Below, in pieces: positions 7,125-7,775 of a stretch of 7,775 nt of DNA. Below the pieces are notes generated by a model. It saw nothing but the letters and a program-made list of their open reading frames with translations. It ran no database searches and was not told where the DNA came from. This DNA is from a virus (Duplodnaviria; Heunggongvirae; Uroviricota; Caudoviricetes). Made by a program: the position numbers and the translations under genes. Where the stretch lies: the IMG/VR virus record IMGVR_UViG_3300029490_000113, positions 1 through 7,775 of that record. One strand, given 5' to 3'. Every line of letters begins with the position of its first letter. Positions within the stretch are counted from its first letter, which is position 1.

Positions 7125-7775
7125 ACTTATTTGTGGCCATCGCTCCATTCGCCATTTCACTGATGAACCCATTTCCGAAGCGCAGCGTGAGGCGATTATT
7201 AACAGCGCCCGTGCGACGTCCAGTTCCAGTTTTTTGCAGTGCAGTAGCATTATTCGCATTACCGACAAAGCGTTACGTGAAGAACTGGTGACGCTGACCG
7301 GTGGGCAAAAACACGTAGCGCAAGCGGCGGAGTTCTGGGTGTTCTGTGCCGACTTTAACCGCCATTTACAGATCTGTCCGGATGCTCAGCTCGGTCTGGC
7401 GGAACAACTGTTGCTCGGTGTCGTTGATACGGCAATGATGGCGCAGAATGCATTAATCGCAGCGGAATCGCTGGGATTGGGCGGCGTATATATCGGCGGC
7501 CTGCGCAATAATATTGAAGCGGTGACGAAACTGCTGAAATTACCGCAGCATGTTCTGCCGCTGTTTGGGCTGTGCCTTGGCTGGCCTGCGGATAATCCGG
7601 ATCTTAAGCCGCGTTTACCGTCCTCCATTTTGGTGCATGAAAACAGCTATCAACCGCTGGATAAAGACGCACTGGCGCAGTATGACGAACAACTGGCTGA
7701 ATATTACCTCACCCGTGGCAGCAATAATCGCCGGGATACCTGGAGCGATCATATCCGCCGAACAATCATTAAAGA
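7108..7775 (+). CDS. nfsA: Oxygen-insensitive NADPH nitroreductase NfsA (5' portion, runs off window end)
   Basis: Translation from ATG 7108 gives MTPTIELICGHRSIRHFTDEPISEAQREAIINSARATSSSSFLQCSSIIRITDKALREEL..., matching E. coli NfsA. No stop before the window end. Confidence 0.9.
   Translation, partial: MTPTIELICGHRSIRHFTDEPISEAQREAIINSARATSSSSFLQCSSIIRITDKALREELVTLTGGQKHVAQAAEFWVFCADFNRHLQICPDAQLGLAEQLLLGVVDTAMMAQNALIAAESLGLGGVYIGGLRNNIEAVTKLLKLPQHVLPLFGLCLGWPADNPDLKPRLPSSILVHENSYQPLDKDALAQYDEQLAEYYLTRGSNNRRDTWSDHIRRTIIK

Noticed and set aside
5926-7628. ORFs 5926..6123, 6000..6245, 6305..6547, 6803..7003, 6897..7079 and 7386..7628
   Set aside because: They are antisense to or overlapping ybjM, grxA, ybjC and nfsA, or lie in their promoter region. 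They have no independent support.
1-7775. CRISPR arrays, tRNA/rRNA genes, IS elements, REP elements
   Set aside because: I saw no regularly spaced direct repeats, no tRNA-like cloverleaf ends, no terminal inverted repeats flanking a transposase-like ORF, and no REP-like GC palindromes.

Overview
This window looks like Escherichia coli chromosome and spans the right-hand junction of a degraded P2-family prophage with the host ybjL-ybjM-grxA-ybjC-nfsA locus. All calls come from reading the sequence and ORF translations by eye against remembered protein families; no database search was run. The prophage part (1 to about 3900) keeps only the head/packaging genes: large terminase gpP (minus strand, runs off the window start), then scaffold gpO, major capsid gpN and small terminase gpM on the plus strand. 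gpM looks C-terminally truncated, and the tail, lysis and gpD genes that should follow are absent. An intact Ogr-family zinc-finger late activator sits about 115 bp downstream of gpM, so the remnant appears to carry an internal deletion fusing gpM to the ogr upstream region. The host part (about 4058 to 7775) is ordinary core genome with the expected E. coli gene order. I did not find a convincing novel defence or other undescribed system; the interesting features are the architecture of the remnant, the orphan activator with a candidate target site, and a few short repeats in intergenic DNA.
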